Source of the DNA: Candidatus Dormiibacterota bacterium
Lineage (GTDB): Bacteria; Chloroflexota; Dormibacteria; Aeolococcales; Aeolococcaceae
Reading direction: 5' to 3'
DNA length: 64,000 bases
NCBI GenBank assembly: GCA_963709585.1
Contig: CAVPXI010000014.1
Span: forward strand, 160,001-224,000
The notes beneath the pieces are model-generated. The model ran no database searches. It was not told the origin of the DNA and saw nothing but the letters and a program-made list of their open reading frames with translations. How positions within the stretch are numbered: position 1 is the first letter of the stretch; each line of letters begins with the position of its first letter. Both the position numbers and the translations under genes were made by a program. Of the stretch, positions 38,060 through 48,740 are shown in pieces.

Positions 38060-39148
38060 GTGAATGTCTTTATTACCCGCACGGATGAGCCGGGGGATGG
38101 TCCGCGCCTCGCGGTCAAGGACGTCATTGATGTCGCTGGGACGAGAACGTCCCTTGGGATGCGCCCAATTCCAGAGGCGGCCCCGACCGCTCGAATTGAC
38201 GCCATCTGCGTTCGAATGATGCGCGTGGGCGGCTGCCGCGTGGTTGGGAAAGCGAACCTTCACGAACTCGCAGACGGGGGCAGCGGGATCAACCCATGGT
38301 ATGGCACGCCGACCAATCCTCAGGATGCCACTCGCATACCGGGAGGGTCGTCGAGTGGGTCGGCCGTGGCAGTGGCCGTCGGGGAGGCCGAGCTCGCGCT
38401 CGGAACTGATACCGGGGGTTCGATACGGATACCCGCGGCTTGCTGCGGCGTCACCGGCTTGAAAACCACTGCCGGATTCATACCCTTGCAAGGTGTGATG
38501 CCCCTCGCACCCACTCTCGACACGGTCGGCCCACTGGCGCGTACGTGTGCCGGCCTCGTCGAGGCGATGCGGATGTTGGAGCCGGGATTCGTAGTGGCTC
38601 GCTCCGGCCGGCTTCGGCTCGGGCGCCTCCGCACGGATGGCAGCGACGAAGTCGAGGCTGCCGTCGATCGCTGCATAGCTCTTGTGAATGATTGGTCGAT
38701 TTCCGAGTGCACGATCGACGGCTGGGAGGAAGCGAACGAAGCCGCGACGACGATCATGCTCTATGAGGCCGCCCGCACCCAAGGCCATCTGGCGGATTTC
38801 GTAGGAGCCGATGTGGCAGCGCGCTTGCGTCTCGGTTTCGAGATCTCCAACAGGGACTTCGAACATGCCCACGCTGTGCGCGGGAAGTTTCGCACATCGC
38901 TTCGCCTTGCTTTCGACGATGCCGACCTACTCGCGCTTCCAACACTCCCCTATCTTGCCCCTCCGCTCGACGATGTGCCCTCCACGTTGACGAAGTTCAC
39001 TCGACAAGCCAACCTCGGCGGCGTCCCCGCTCTCGCTGTTCCGCTCCCATCTCACCCGGTTCCGGCTTCGCTTCAACTCATTGCGACCTGGGGCTCCGAG
39101 GACCTGTTGCTTGCCGCGGGTCTTGCCATCGAACGCGCTCTCCTTTAG
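38060..39148 (+). CDS. Amidase-signature enzyme (short type)
   Basis: AVKDVID, GKANLHELA, PGGSSSGSA, GTDTGGSIRIPA. Confidence 0.9.
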   Translation: MNVFITRTDEPGDGPRLAVKDVIDVAGTRTSLGMRPIPEAAPTARIDAICVRMMRVGGCRVVGKANLHELADGGSGINPWYGTPTNPQDATRIPGGSSSGSAVAVAVGEAELALGTDTGGSIRIPAACCGVTGLKTTAGFIPLQGVMPLAPTLDTVGPLARTCAGLVEAMRMLEPGFVVARSGRLRLGRLRTDGSDEVEAAVDRCIALVNDWSISECTIDGWEEANEAATTIMLYEAARTQGHLADFVGADVAARLRLGFEISNRDFEHAHAVRGKFRTSLRLAFDDADLLALPTLPYLAPPLDDVPSTLTKFTRQANLGGVPALAVPLPSHPVPASLQLIATWGSEDLLLAAGLAIERALL

Positions 39149-39163
39149 AACCCGGCGCGCTTA

Positions 39164-40153
39164 TCAACGATCCACCTCGCTCATATCTTTATAGCGGTTA
39201 CCGGCGACACGATAGGGATTCATCGCGTTTCCCAAGATGGCCAGGTCCCGTGCATTGAGCACAATCGCTGAAGCAGCGCAGTTCTCCTCGAGATGTCCGC
39301 GACTCTTACTCCCAGGAATTGGCACAACGTCAATGCCCTGGGCAAGGACCCAGGCAAGCGCCAGTTGTGCTGGTGTTACATCCAGCTCAGTTGCGAGATG
39401 CAAGACATCCTCCAGCAGGCTGAGGTTTGCGTCGAGGTTCGCACCGACAAATCGCGGTGACAGGCGGCGAAAGTCATCTGCCGCCAGTCCGTCAATCGAC
39501 GTGACCCTTCCTGTCAGGAAGCCACGCCCGAGCGGGCTGTACGGGACCAGTCCGATTCCCAACTCGCGCAGCGCAGGAACAACGGAGATCTCGACGTCGC
39601 GGCTCCACAAGGAGTACTCGCTTTGGACCACCGAGATGGGATGCACCGCGTTGGCCCTCCGGATCGTTGACGCGCCCGCCTCGCAGAGCCCTAGCCAGCG
39701 CACCTTGCCGGAATCGACGAGACCCGCCATGGCCCCAACGGTGTCCTCGATCGGCACCGAGGGATCGACGCGATGCGCGTAGTAGAGATCGATCACATCG
39801 ACACCCAGGCGCCGTAAGGACGCATCACAGGCCTTAGCTACGTGATCGGGGCTCCCGTCGAAACCGAGCCAGGAGCGCGTGCTTGGATCGCGGAGGAACC
39901 CGAACTTCGTGGCGATAATCGCCCCTTCGCGGTGACCACGCAACGCCCGGCCAACCAGAGCCTCGTTTGTCTCTGGGCCATAGACATCGGCGGTGTCAAA
40001 CAGTGTCACCCCGAGTTCGAGGGCTCTATGAATCGTCGCGATCGACTCCGCATCGTCACCGGGCCCGTAGAAGTCGGACATCGAGAGGCACCCCAGACCT
40101 ACACATCCGACCACCATGCCTTGGCTACCAAGTGTTCGTGTTCTCAGGATCAC
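39164..40153 (-). CDS. Aldo/keto reductase
   Basis: [42 protein letters not shown]. Confidence 0.93.
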   Translation of the reverse strand: MILRTRTLGSQGMVVGCVGLGCLSMSDFYGPGDDAESIATIHRALELGVTLFDTADVYGPETNEALVGRALRGHREGAIIATKFGFLRDPSTRSWLGFDGSPDHVAKACDASLRRLGVDVIDLYYAHRVDPSVPIEDTVGAMAGLVDSGKVRWLGLCEAGASTIRRANAVHPISVVQSEYSLWSRDVEISVVPALRELGIGLVPYSPLGRGFLTGRVTSIDGLAADDFRRLSPRFVGANLDANLSLLEDVLHLATELDVTPAQLALAWVLAQGIDVVPIPGSKSRGHLEENCAASAIVLNARDLAILGNAMNPYRVAGNRYKDMSEVDR

Positions 40154-40222
40154 CGCTTCAACCCTTCAGACCAGGTTTGATGCGCGATAATTGCAATCTG
40201 AGCTAGAGGAGGTCGGTGGTAA

Positions 40223-41158
40223 ATGCCAGTCAATCGGTTGCTCATGGCAACGTCTACCACGCCCGATCTCGCAGCTGCGGCAAGCGGATGGACTAAGGCC
40301 GCTCACTACGAGCGTGTGGTCGCCGAGGCAGTGTCGCCCGAGTTGTGTCAACTGTGGGGGATCCAACCGGAAACCTCTATAGCCATGGTCGTCACACGCG
40401 CACCAGGCACCGACAGCGGCTACCTGCGCCTTGTTCGCGCGGAGCCTCGTGGTGTACGTAAGAAGATGCTCGAGACTCTCGGCCCGTTTGGGTTCGAACT
40501 CTTTGCTCGAGACGTTGATGCGGTCCACAAGGAGATGACATCCGACGGAGCATTCGTTCCGCAGACGCCTCCGACTGACTTCGACCTCAGCGGCATTGGC
40601 TCCGGGCTCTGCCGCAGTTTCGCAGCCAAAGGACCGGGTAATGTCTGGGTGCTGATAACCACGATGCTGAGCGTTCCGCCCCCTCGCGCTCTGCCGATCA
40701 CCCACCACTTCGTCGGGCCAGTGGTGACAATGCCGATAGCTGCGCTGAATCGCGCTGTTGCGGTGGAGTTCTACGCCGGCGTCCTCGGCATTCCCATCCG
40801 CTTTGATGGAAGTGTGCGCGACCGAGACGTCAATAGGATCATGGGCGCGGGTGATGACTGGCAGATGCATATCACCGTGTTCTTCATTGAGGATGGCCAG
40901 TTGGTGGAGCATCACTTTCATACGCCGGGAGACTTGATGGAAACGCCAGTAAATCCTGGATCTCTCCTCAATGGCCCCGCCATCTACACGTTCACGGTAA
41001 CCGACATCGACGCCATAGTCGCCGCAGCGCGGGACCGCCAGATTCAGGTGCGTGGCCCTATCGTGCTCGATGCCTTCCCCTACTCCCGGCGCAGGGTAGC
41101 GTGTCTCGATGGTCCCAATCACGAGATTGTGGAGATTGTTGCCGCTGAACTGGGGTAA
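40223..41158 (+). CDS. Two-domain VOC/glyoxalase family protein
   Basis: ELFARDVDAV, EFYAGVLG, FTVTDIDA, DGPNHEIVEIV. Confidence 0.8.
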   Translation: MPVNRLLMATSTTPDLAAAASGWTKAAHYERVVAEAVSPELCQLWGIQPETSIAMVVTRAPGTDSGYLRLVRAEPRGVRKKMLETLGPFGFELFARDVDAVHKEMTSDGAFVPQTPPTDFDLSGIGSGLCRSFAAKGPGNVWVLITTMLSVPPPRALPITHHFVGPVVTMPIAALNRAVAVEFYAGVLGIPIRFDGSVRDRDVNRIMGAGDDWQMHITVFFIEDGQLVEHHFHTPGDLMETPVNPGSLLNGPAIYTFTVTDIDAIVAAARDRQIQVRGPIVLDAFPYSRRRVACLDGPNHEIVEIVAAELG

Positions 41159-41172
41159 GGACGCCATCGTCT

Positions 41173-42849
41173 TCAACTGGCCCATCTCGTGCGGTCGAAG
41201 AACTCGAGGAACCGTTCCACAGTTTGTTGTGCGCCTTCCGGAGTGGCTAAACCCGGAATCTCCGCGATCTCGATACTCGGGTTGATTCGCTGGGCCGCTC
41301 CGAGGAACCGGCTTAGTGGATCCATGGACGACGCCGCGATTAGGGTCCGGGTGGCGAGGTGATGCAATTGCGCGGCAGTTGGGTACGAAAAGGCAGCGCG
41401 ATATGCGATGTGCCAGGTGTCTATGGCGCTCACGATGTCCATGTATGACTGGTGGAGGCTCGCGGCACTCGGAAGATCCCGGCGAAGTGAACCTTGGCCA
41501 GTCTGGCGGTACCACGGCCAGAATAGGCTCATGTCGCGCCGCATATGCCACGCCGATAGCAGGTGAGTGCCGTAAGGCGACGGCGTCATGGGTGCCAATG
41601 AGGTGTAGTTGGCAAGCAGATCGGCAGTCTCGGCCGAGTCAAATAAGGTGATCCCCTCCATACCAAGGGCTCGGACACGGCCAGGGTGGCGGATAGCGAG
41701 TTCCATGCCGATCAACGCCCCCGTATGCGAGCCCCAGACGTCGGCAACGGGGAGACTGAGGCGATCGAGAAGATCAGCCATGGACTCGGCGTAGAACGCG
41801 ATGTCGACGTCATCCGCGGGCGGGGGATCTGAGTGCCCGTTACCGAGCGTATCTGGCGCGATCACGCGCCGCGTTCGGGCGAATGCTTCGATGAGTGGAC
41901 TGTGTGTCCGCGCCGACCCGGGTGACTGATGGAGCATTAGCAGCGGGACACCGCTCTCTCCCGTGAATCGTGTGTGAATTTGACCGAAGGCTCCGTCGAT
42001 GAAGGACGCAGATACTCCGCGACGGGTTTTCGGCAATGATGCGTCCAGACTCCGGGAGACCCTCGGTACCGCATCTATGGAAACCGTGCTGCTCGTGGGC
42101 GCGACGCCTTCCGCGGTATTCTTGTCTTCCACCACGATGCGACCGCGAAGATTCCGCACCACGGGTGCCCAGTCAAAGCGCAAGGCCGCTCCGCCGAATC
42201 CACGCCGTTCGTCTCGGCCGTCAAGCACATCCGCCGCCCTGCGATGCAGAGACCATGGATCCGACATTTCGCGAAGGGTCCGTGCCTTTGCGGTCGTCGC
42301 AAACCAGGGCGAGAACATGCACGCTCTCCGGACGCGGTCCCACGCCTCAACGATGTGCCCACCGTCGATTCGCGGGGTCATGGGCGGAAACATTCCTTCG
42401 AGATAAGCCTCGCCGACGCGACCCTCATGCGCTGGCGGCACATCGCTCAAGATCAGCTTTTCGACCCGCGCATCGGCACGATCCGCGAAGGCGATGCCGA
42501 GAACGCCGCCCAGTCCATAACCGTGCACGATCCCCGTCGGCCAGTCCACGGCCCGCTCTACGCTGATCAGCCACTCAACGTAGGCATGAATTGATCCGTC
42601 TGCATTCGTGAGCGGGCTGCTCAGACCGTGCCCGGGCAGATCCGGCGCGAGTATCGAGTACGACTGCCCGAGATCGTTGATCTCGGGCAGCATGTTCGCT
42701 GAGGATCCCGGAACATCGTGTAGCAAGAGCAAAGGCGGACCCGATCCCGCCGACCTCACGTGCACCTGGAGACCATCGACATCGAGGATGCGTCGGCGAA
42801 TGAAGATCGTCGCCTGGCCGCGGCCCCGCGACCGCGCCAGCTCCGTCAC
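41173..42849 (-). CDS. Tandem alpha/beta hydrolase
   Basis: PLLLLHD..APDLPGHGLS (domain 1, GYGLG in place of the nucleophile motif); LHQSP..APDTLGNGHS, GSHTG (domain 2). Confidence 0.85.
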   Translation of the reverse strand: MTELARSRGRGQATIFIRRRILDVDGLQVHVRSAGSGPPLLLLHDVPGSSANMLPEINDLGQSYSILAPDLPGHGLSSPLTNADGSIHAYVEWLISVERAVDWPTGIVHGYGLGGVLGIAFADRADARVEKLILSDVPPAHEGRVGEAYLEGMFPPMTPRIDGGHIVEAWDRVRRACMFSPWFATTAKARTLREMSDPWSLHRRAADVLDGRDERRGFGGAALRFDWAPVVRNLRGRIVVEDKNTAEGVAPTSSTVSIDAVPRVSRSLDASLPKTRRGVSASFIDGAFGQIHTRFTGESGVPLLMLHQSPGSARTHSPLIEAFARTRRVIAPDTLGNGHSDPPPADDVDIAFYAESMADLLDRLSLPVADVWGSHTGALIGMELAIRHPGRVRALGMEGITLFDSAETADLLANYTSLAPMTPSPYGTHLLSAWHMRRDMSLFWPWYRQTGQGSLRRDLPSAASLHQSYMDIVSAIDTWHIAYRAAFSYPTAAQLHHLATRTLIAASSMDPLSRFLGAAQRINPSIEIAEIPGLATPEGAQQTVERFLEFFDRTRWAS

Positions 42850-43682
42850 GGAGTCGCCTCGACTGAGAGTTCTCCGTCGGCCGCATCCGGGGGCGCGGGT
42901 TGCAATCGCTCTCTAGGATCGACGGAGAGGCGGGCCGACATCAGCCGTTTCGTGTAGGGATGTTGCGGCGCTCGGATAACGGTGGTGGTCGCGCCCGCCT
43001 CCACGACGCGGCCTTGATAGAGAACCGCTACTTCTCCACTTAGGTATTCGACTGTGCTGATGTCGTGCGAGATGAAGCAGTAAGTCAATCCGAGCCGAGC
43101 TCGTAGGGTCTGGAGCAGGCTGAGAATTCCAGCGCGCATGGAGACATCGAGCGACGATGTCGGCTCATCCAAAACGATGAAGTCCGGCTGGGTGATGATC
43201 GCGCGTGCGATGCCGACGCGCTGCTGCTCTCCGCCGCTCAGTTGGACCGGGAAGCGCCTACGGAGCCGGTCGGCTACCCCGACGGTCTCGAACACCTCGG
43301 CAACCCGCCCTTCGCGCGCTTTGCGGGTCAGCGTGGGCTCGTGGATCTCAAGGGGTTCGGCGACAATGTCGCAGACTCTCATGCGTGGGTTGAGCGACTC
43401 GAACGGCTCCTGGAAGACTACCTGCATCCGCGATCGAAGTCGCCGTAGTTGTTTCTCAGACATCGCCGTGATCTCGTCATCCGCGAACCGGACGCTACCG
43501 CTGTCGGCCCGCAGCAAACCCAGCATCAGACGACCAAGGGTTGTCTTTCCCGATCCACTCTCTCCGATGACAGCCATAGTCGTAGCGGGTTCGATCGTAA
43601 GCGACACCGAATCGACCGCGACGATAGTCGAACCACCATGTTTGAATGTCTTCACTAGGTCTCGGATCTCGATCAGCGCCAT
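42846..43682 (-). CDS. Peptide/nickel ABC transporter ATPase (DppF-like)
   Basis: GESGSGKTT, LSGGEQQR, DEPTSSLD, HPYT. Confidence 0.92.
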   Translation of the reverse strand: MALIEIRDLVKTFKHGGSTIVAVDSVSLTIEPATTMAVIGESGSGKTTLGRLMLGLLRADSGSVRFADDEITAMSEKQLRRLRSRMQVVFQEPFESLNPRMRVCDIVAEPLEIHEPTLTRKAREGRVAEVFETVGVADRLRRRFPVQLSGGEQQRVGIARAIITQPDFIVLDEPTSSLDVSMRAGILSLLQTLRARLGLTYCFISHDISTVEYLSGEVAVLYQGRVVEAGATTTVIRAPQHPYTKRLMSARLSVDPRERLQPAPPDAADGELSVEATP

Positions 43683-44656
43683 GTCGGCTCACCCTGGATC
43701 GGGTAGTGGCACGCGACCCGCTGCGTGGTGTCGATTGCTTCGAGAGGCGGTTCCGTGGCACACACTTCGGTTGCACGCTCGCAGCGGTCGCGGAACGGGC
43801 AACCAGGCATTGGATCGAGGGGGTTCGGCGCTCTTCCCGGAATGGAGTAGAGCGGTTTGCCAGGACGTGGGACAGACCGCAGCAGTGCTCCTGTATAAGG
43901 ATGCGCGGGGCAGGTGAGGACCGTCCTAACGTCTCCCAACTCCATGACCTTGCCGCCGTACAACACGGTCACGGTGTCGCAGTACTGGGCAACGACACCG
44001 AGGTCATAAGTCACCAAGATCATTCCTGCGTTCTCGCTCCTCGCGCGCCCAAGAATCAACTCGAGAATCTGACGTTGCAAGGTAAGGTCGAGTGCGGTAG
44101 TCGGTTCATCCGCGATGACCAGATCGGGGCCCAGGAGAAAGGCCATGGCGATAACGACGCGTTGAGCCATCCCTCCACTCAGTTCATGCGCATGGCCCGA
44201 GAGAACCCGATCGGGTTCCCTGAGCCCCACCAACTCCAGCATCGAGGCGGATCGGACCCGATCCTCGTGTCGCGATGTCGACACTCCGTGAGCTCGCAAG
44301 ATCATTCGGAACTGCTGCTCTATTGTCAGAATCGGATGCAGGGCACCCATACTGTTCTGTCCGACGTAGCCGATCCGTGACCCTCGTACACGTCGTAGCT
44401 GTTGGCGTGGAATAGTTAGCAGATCGCCTTTGTCGGCGAAAATTGCTGTGCCATTGATGACCCTCGCGGCACTGCCCGAGAGCCCAAGAATCGTTCGCGC
44501 CACGGTGGACTTGCCGCTTCCAAACTCGCCGACCAGCCCTCGGATCTCTGCATTCGCAAGCTCCATATCGACGCCACGAACCGCCGGGAGGTGGCCAAGG
44601 CGGGTCGCGTAGCTCACCTCGAGACCAGTGACCCTGAGCAAACACGTTTCAGTCAT
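43673..44656 (-). CDS. Peptide/nickel ABC transporter ATPase (DppD-like)
   Basis: GEFGSGKST, LSGGMAQR, ADEPTTALD, HPYT, GCPFRDRC. Confidence 0.92.
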   Translation of the reverse strand: MTETCLLRVTGLEVSYATRLGHLPAVRGVDMELANAEIRGLVGEFGSGKSTVARTILGLSGSAARVINGTAIFADKGDLLTIPRQQLRRVRGSRIGYVGQNSMGALHPILTIEQQFRMILRAHGVSTSRHEDRVRSASMLELVGLREPDRVLSGHAHELSGGMAQRVVIAMAFLLGPDLVIADEPTTALDLTLQRQILELILGRARSENAGMILVTYDLGVVAQYCDTVTVLYGGKVMELGDVRTVLTCPAHPYTGALLRSVPRPGKPLYSIPGRAPNPLDPMPGCPFRDRCERATEVCATEPPLEAIDTTQRVACHYPIQGEPTWR

Positions 44657-45507
44657 AGGGAGGTACGAATCTGGTCCAACTCGACCAACGTGTCTGCGAT
44701 CACATTGAAGGAAAGCACTGAGACGCATATCGCAGCTCCGGGGAATACGACGAGCCACCACTGCCCGGCGATCAAACCGTTAGCTCCAGATTGGATCATC
44801 TGCCCCCAGCTGGGAGTCGGTGGTTGCACTCCGATTCCCAGAAAGCTCAACGAGGCAATGGCCACAATGGATAAGGCAAGGATCAATGACGTTTGTGCCA
44901 GGATCAGTTCGCGGAGGTTCGGGAGAAGGTGCCGTCGCATTACACGGTAGGGTGACGCTCCGGTCGCCCGAGCTGCTTCGATGAACCGCAACTCACGCAA
45001 CGTGAGGACATGACTCCTGACGAGACGGATGTACAGTGGAGCACCGAAGATCGCGATCGCGATCACCACCATGTACAGCTGATTCCCGCTCAATCCGACG
45101 AGGGCGAGGATGAGCACCAACAAGGGAAGCGACTGGAATCCATCCAGGACTCGCATGGCGCGCTCGCCCCATCGCCGAGATACGCTGAAAAGGATGCCGA
45201 GCGGGACGCCGATGAACATCGCCACAGCCGTACCACCCATTGCGAGCGGGAGGTCAGTGCGCGCTGCACGAATCGTCCTTGAGAAGATGTCCGCGCCGAC
45301 CTCGTCTGTCCCAAACCAGAACGCACGGCTAGGAGGCTGTAGAACCGCTATCGCGTCCGTTAAGTCTGGGTTGTGCGGAAGCGGCAACACAAATGCCGCC
45401 AGGAGCAGAATCACAATGATTGCGGCCGCAATACCAAGCTGAATCCGCAACCGGAGAGCGCCCCGACCCCGCTTCGCGGTTCTCCGACGATCAGCGACGC
45501 TGAGCAT
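44653..45507 (-). CDS. ABC transporter permease (DppC-like)
   Basis: FGTDEVGADIFSR, FIEAARATGA, HLLPN, LSFLGIG.PPTPSWG. Confidence 0.92.
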   Translation of the reverse strand: MLSVADRRRTAKRGRGALRLRIQLGIAAAIIVILLLAAFVLPLPHNPDLTDAIAVLQPPSRAFWFGTDEVGADIFSRTIRAARTDLPLAMGGTAVAMFIGVPLGILFSVSRRWGERAMRVLDGFQSLPLLVLILALVGLSGNQLYMVVIAIAIFGAPLYIRLVRSHVLTLRELRFIEAARATGASPYRVMRRHLLPNLRELILAQTSLILALSIVAIASLSFLGIGVQPPTPSWGQMIQSGANGLIAGQWWLVVFPGAAICVSVLSFNVIADTLVELDQIRTSL

Positions 45508-46630
45508 TGAAGGTGATTCTGGGGTCCAGGCGCGCTGACAAAAGATCCAGGGCGAAGAAAAGGACCAGCGTCACCGAGCCGCTCAACAGGACAAACCCTT
45601 GCACTGCAGGGATGTCAAGACGCTGGATGGATTGCACTGCGTATTGACCCACCCCGTTCCACGAGAACACGATTTCGACGATCGCATCACCGCCGATCAG
45701 CCCGGCGAGAATGATCGCGCCATAGGTGAGGAGAGAGGTGCGACCGACCAGCAGGGCATTGCGGACGAGGCGCCACTCCGACAGCCCGCAGGCCCGACCA
45801 AACCGCACATATTCCGAGGCGAGTGCGGATCCGAGGACGGCACGAGTGGTCCGTCCGAAGGCGACCGAGTAGACGATACCGAGGGTAACGACTGGGAGGA
45901 TCTCCTGCTTGATTGCATCGATGAGCGTGCCCCATTGACCGGCGAGGATCGTGTCGACGAGGATCGATCCGGTCACATGCGGCGGTGCGGTGTCTGCCAG
46001 TGGAAGCGTCCCTGATGGACCGGGAGCGACGTGAAGCACGGTGAACAGCACCACGATCAAAAGAAGGGCCAGGAGAAAGTCCGGCACTGACTGGATAAGT
46101 GTCAGCAGAAACCTCGTCAGGGTGTCAACCGGCCTCCGAGCATAATAGGCACCGAGCGTTCCGAGTGCGAGACCCAGCACCAGGGCGAGGAGAAGCGCCG
46201 GCACGATCAGGTCGAGGGTGGCTGGCAGGCGGCTCCCTAGCTCCTCGGCGACCGGTAATCCCGAGAAGAACGATGTCCCCAGGTCGCCGTGCACCACGCC
46301 TCCGATGTAGGTGAGATAGCGAGTGCCAATCGGTTGGTCGAGGCCCAATCGGTGATTCGTGGCGGCGATCTGCTGGGCCGATGCCTCCGGCCCGTCGAGA
46401 CTTTGAGCGATGTCGCCGGGGGTCACCGTCACCAGCGCGAAGGACAGCGTGACGATGGCGAGGATGCTGATCGGGAAGACGAGGATCCTTGTGAAGAAAA
46501 ATCGCTGCGCTCCGCTCATGCGCGGACGACGGGTCATGCCACCCGGTGTGTCCGCTGCGGCAGTGCGCACGGGTCCGAGCTCGGGTTGCACGGGCAGCGC
46601 TACGTTGGCGGGCTCGTCGTCTGCAGGCAC
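45491..46630 (-). CDS. ABC transporter permease (DppB-like)
   Basis: LGLDQP, GDLGTS, LPATLDL, RACGL, VEIVFSWNGVG, LDPRI; start uncertain. Confidence 0.9.
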   Translation of the reverse strand: MPADDEPANVALPVQPELGPVRTAAADTPGGMTRRPRMSGAQRFFFTRILVFPISILAIVTLSFALVTVTPGDIAQSLDGPEASAQQIAATNHRLGLDQPIGTRYLTYIGGVVHGDLGTSFFSGLPVAEELGSRLPATLDLIVPALLLALVLGLALGTLGAYYARRPVDTLTRFLLTLIQSVPDFLLALLLIVVLFTVLHVAPGPSGTLPLADTAPPHVTGSILVDTILAGQWGTLIDAIKQEILPVVTLGIVYSVAFGRTTRAVLGSALASEYVRFGRACGLSEWRLVRNALLVGRTSLLTYGAIILAGLIGGDAIVEIVFSWNGVGQYAVQSIQRLDIPAVQGFVLLSGSVTLVLFFALDLLSARLDPRITFNAQRR

Positions 46631-46771
46631 CTAGCCATCCTATCGCTGACGGAACAAGGCAGCTCTCCGTGCGAACCAGGAGAGCTGCCTCACGATGTCG
46701 TTGGCCGGTCAGGAGATCTCAGGACGAGACGCTTCTTGCTCCACGTCCGAACCCGTTCCGGATCACCCGCC

Positions 46772-48392
46772 TCACGAAGTGAAGCTCATGTCGTCGAACC
46801 GTGGTGCCAGGTTCGGGTAGTCGAAGATGCCCGTAACATTCTTCGTCGTGATGTTGATAGTCGGTTGCTCAACCATCAGTATCTCGTTGACATCTGCCAC
46901 CGCAAGGTTGCAGGCGGTCAAGAGAGCCGCATCACTTGTGGCTCCAATCGTGCTCATCGCGGTCAAGATGCTCGAGTTCGAAGGCGGGATCCGAATAGAA
47001 TCCGTAGTTCGCTGGTGACTTGCTATAGAAGAAGCCGTCCAGGTAGTACCCAGCGCTGGCCACGAACGGGCTCTGGACCTCAAGCGCCAATGGCTGGTTG
47101 CCTTTGAGGAGAGCGTTAAGGTATGCCGTGAAGGTCGGGTAGCTATTGATCTTCACCGTGATGCCGACCTTGGAAAGTTGATCCTGAACGAAGAGCGATT
47201 GCTGATCCATGCCGTTGTCCAGGGACGGAGTGTAGATGAGAGTGGTTGAGAATCCATTCGGATACCCAGCCTGAGCGAGAAGAGACTTTGCAGCGGCATC
47301 GTTGGCGGTGAGGTTCGTGTTGTTGGTGAACCCCGGCACAGGAGTCGAGTTCGGTCCACAACCCGTCGGCACCTCACCGCCGCCTGGAAAGACAGCCTGC
47401 GCGATGGCTTGTCGATCGAGTGCCATTAGAACGGCCTGCCGCACCTTCACATTATTGAATGGAGCCGCCTTGAAGTTGGGAACCAACCGAGTGAACACGG
47501 GAGCATTGATGAGCCACGGCGTAATACTCGCGTTGGTCTTCAAGCTCGGGTAGTCGATTTGCGGGACTTGCCAAGCGTAGTTGGCTTGATTGCCCTCCAC
47601 GAGTTGAATGCGACTGGCACCGTCCGTGACCTGGCGCCAGACAACCTTCTTGATGGTTGGCGCGCCACGGAAGTAGCTCGGGTTCGCGACTAGGGTGATC
47701 TGGTCGTTTGGTGTGAAGCTCTGGACTTTGTAGGGGCCGTACGACGCCACGTTCGTAGTGAGCCATGTGCGCCCCCATGGATCCGACGTGGTGGCGTGCG
47801 CCTTGACAGTCGTGGAATCCAGAATGCCCAGGTACGGTTGGTCCAGGATGGACAGCGCTATCGGGCTTGGGGCTGTCAGATTGTATGTGAATTCTTTTGG
47901 ACTAATAATCGTGATCGGATTCTTGAGATTGACATTGGCGAGGATGAACAGAAGATTCCCGACGCCGCCCGCCGCGACCGAGCGCTGGAAACTCCATTGA
48001 ACGTCGGCGGACGTCAACGGGACGCCGGCGAAGCTCTTGATTCCGGAGCGGAGAATCATGTCGTAACTCTTCTGATCGGCCGACAGCGTGTAACTCGCCA
48101 CGAGCTCAGGCTTGAGGTTCGTCCCGAAGGTCAGCTCGTGATTCGGCTGCGCACCCGACGGATTCAGCGAAAAGAGATGCGCGACGATATTTTCCGTGAT
48201 AGGGAAGCTCTGCTGAGCGGCATTGAAGTCCGGCGGATCCGGGTCGAGGTTTCCCGGAGCGAACGCAGTGACTGCGGTCAGGGTGGTAGGGCCCGCCGCC
48301 GGCGTCGAGCTGCTGCCGCACGCCGATGCGACGAGGCCAAGCCCGAGGACCCCTACGCAAGCCACCGCCGGACGGACTCTGCTCCGATTCAT
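46772..48392 (-). CDS. Family 5 ABC substrate-binding lipoprotein (frameshift near 46975)
   Basis: Lipobox LVASAC; PELV, GPYKV, ANPSYF, KVRQAV..ALDR, AKSLLAQAGYPNG; C-terminus in the 46772-47083 frame. Confidence 0.88.
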
Positions 48393-48514
48393 GTTTTCCG
48401 AGCTCCTTGTTTCCGCCGCCCGGGGTTACGCGGCTAGTGTCCAAGCTCCGGCCCACCTCGGCCACGCCCCCGGATTCGCGGGAACGAGGCGAGCCTTCGG
48501 TCGTCTCGGCGCGG

Positions 48515-48543
48515 AGTATAAACGTCTGACAATGGGAGTGCAA
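48515..48543 (-). promoter_or_regulatory. Promoter of the ABC operon with FadR-type operator in the spacer
   Basis: Minus strand TTGCAC-N17-TATACT containing ATTGTCAGACGTT. Confidence 0.75.
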
Positions 48544-48635
48544 GACATCGACCGTGTGCAGGCCCCCGCAACTCACTGGTTGGTACTCCGCCAATTGCCT
48601 CCCGCGGCTGCCAAAGCGGTGCCGCGACGGCTCTC

Positions 48636-48665
48636 TTGACCCCACCTATGTCTGACATATAACCT
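48636..48665 (+). promoter_or_regulatory. Promoter of the cupin-flavoprotein operon with a perfect operator palindrome
   Basis: TTGACC-N18-TAACCT containing TATGTC-T-GACATA (48647-48659). Confidence 0.75.
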
Positions 48666-48740
48666 ACGTGACCTATGGTTCTCGGCAAGCGCTCGGGCGG
48701 CACTCGCCCTTGTCAGTCTTCGACAGCGTAAGGGGCTGAA

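Noticed and set aside
40166-41551. Long antisense ORFs (e.g. 40166-41551, 35445-36470, 48573-49742, 52362-53624)
   Set aside because: Shadow ORFs typical of high-GC DNA, overlapping well-supported genes and lacking motifs.
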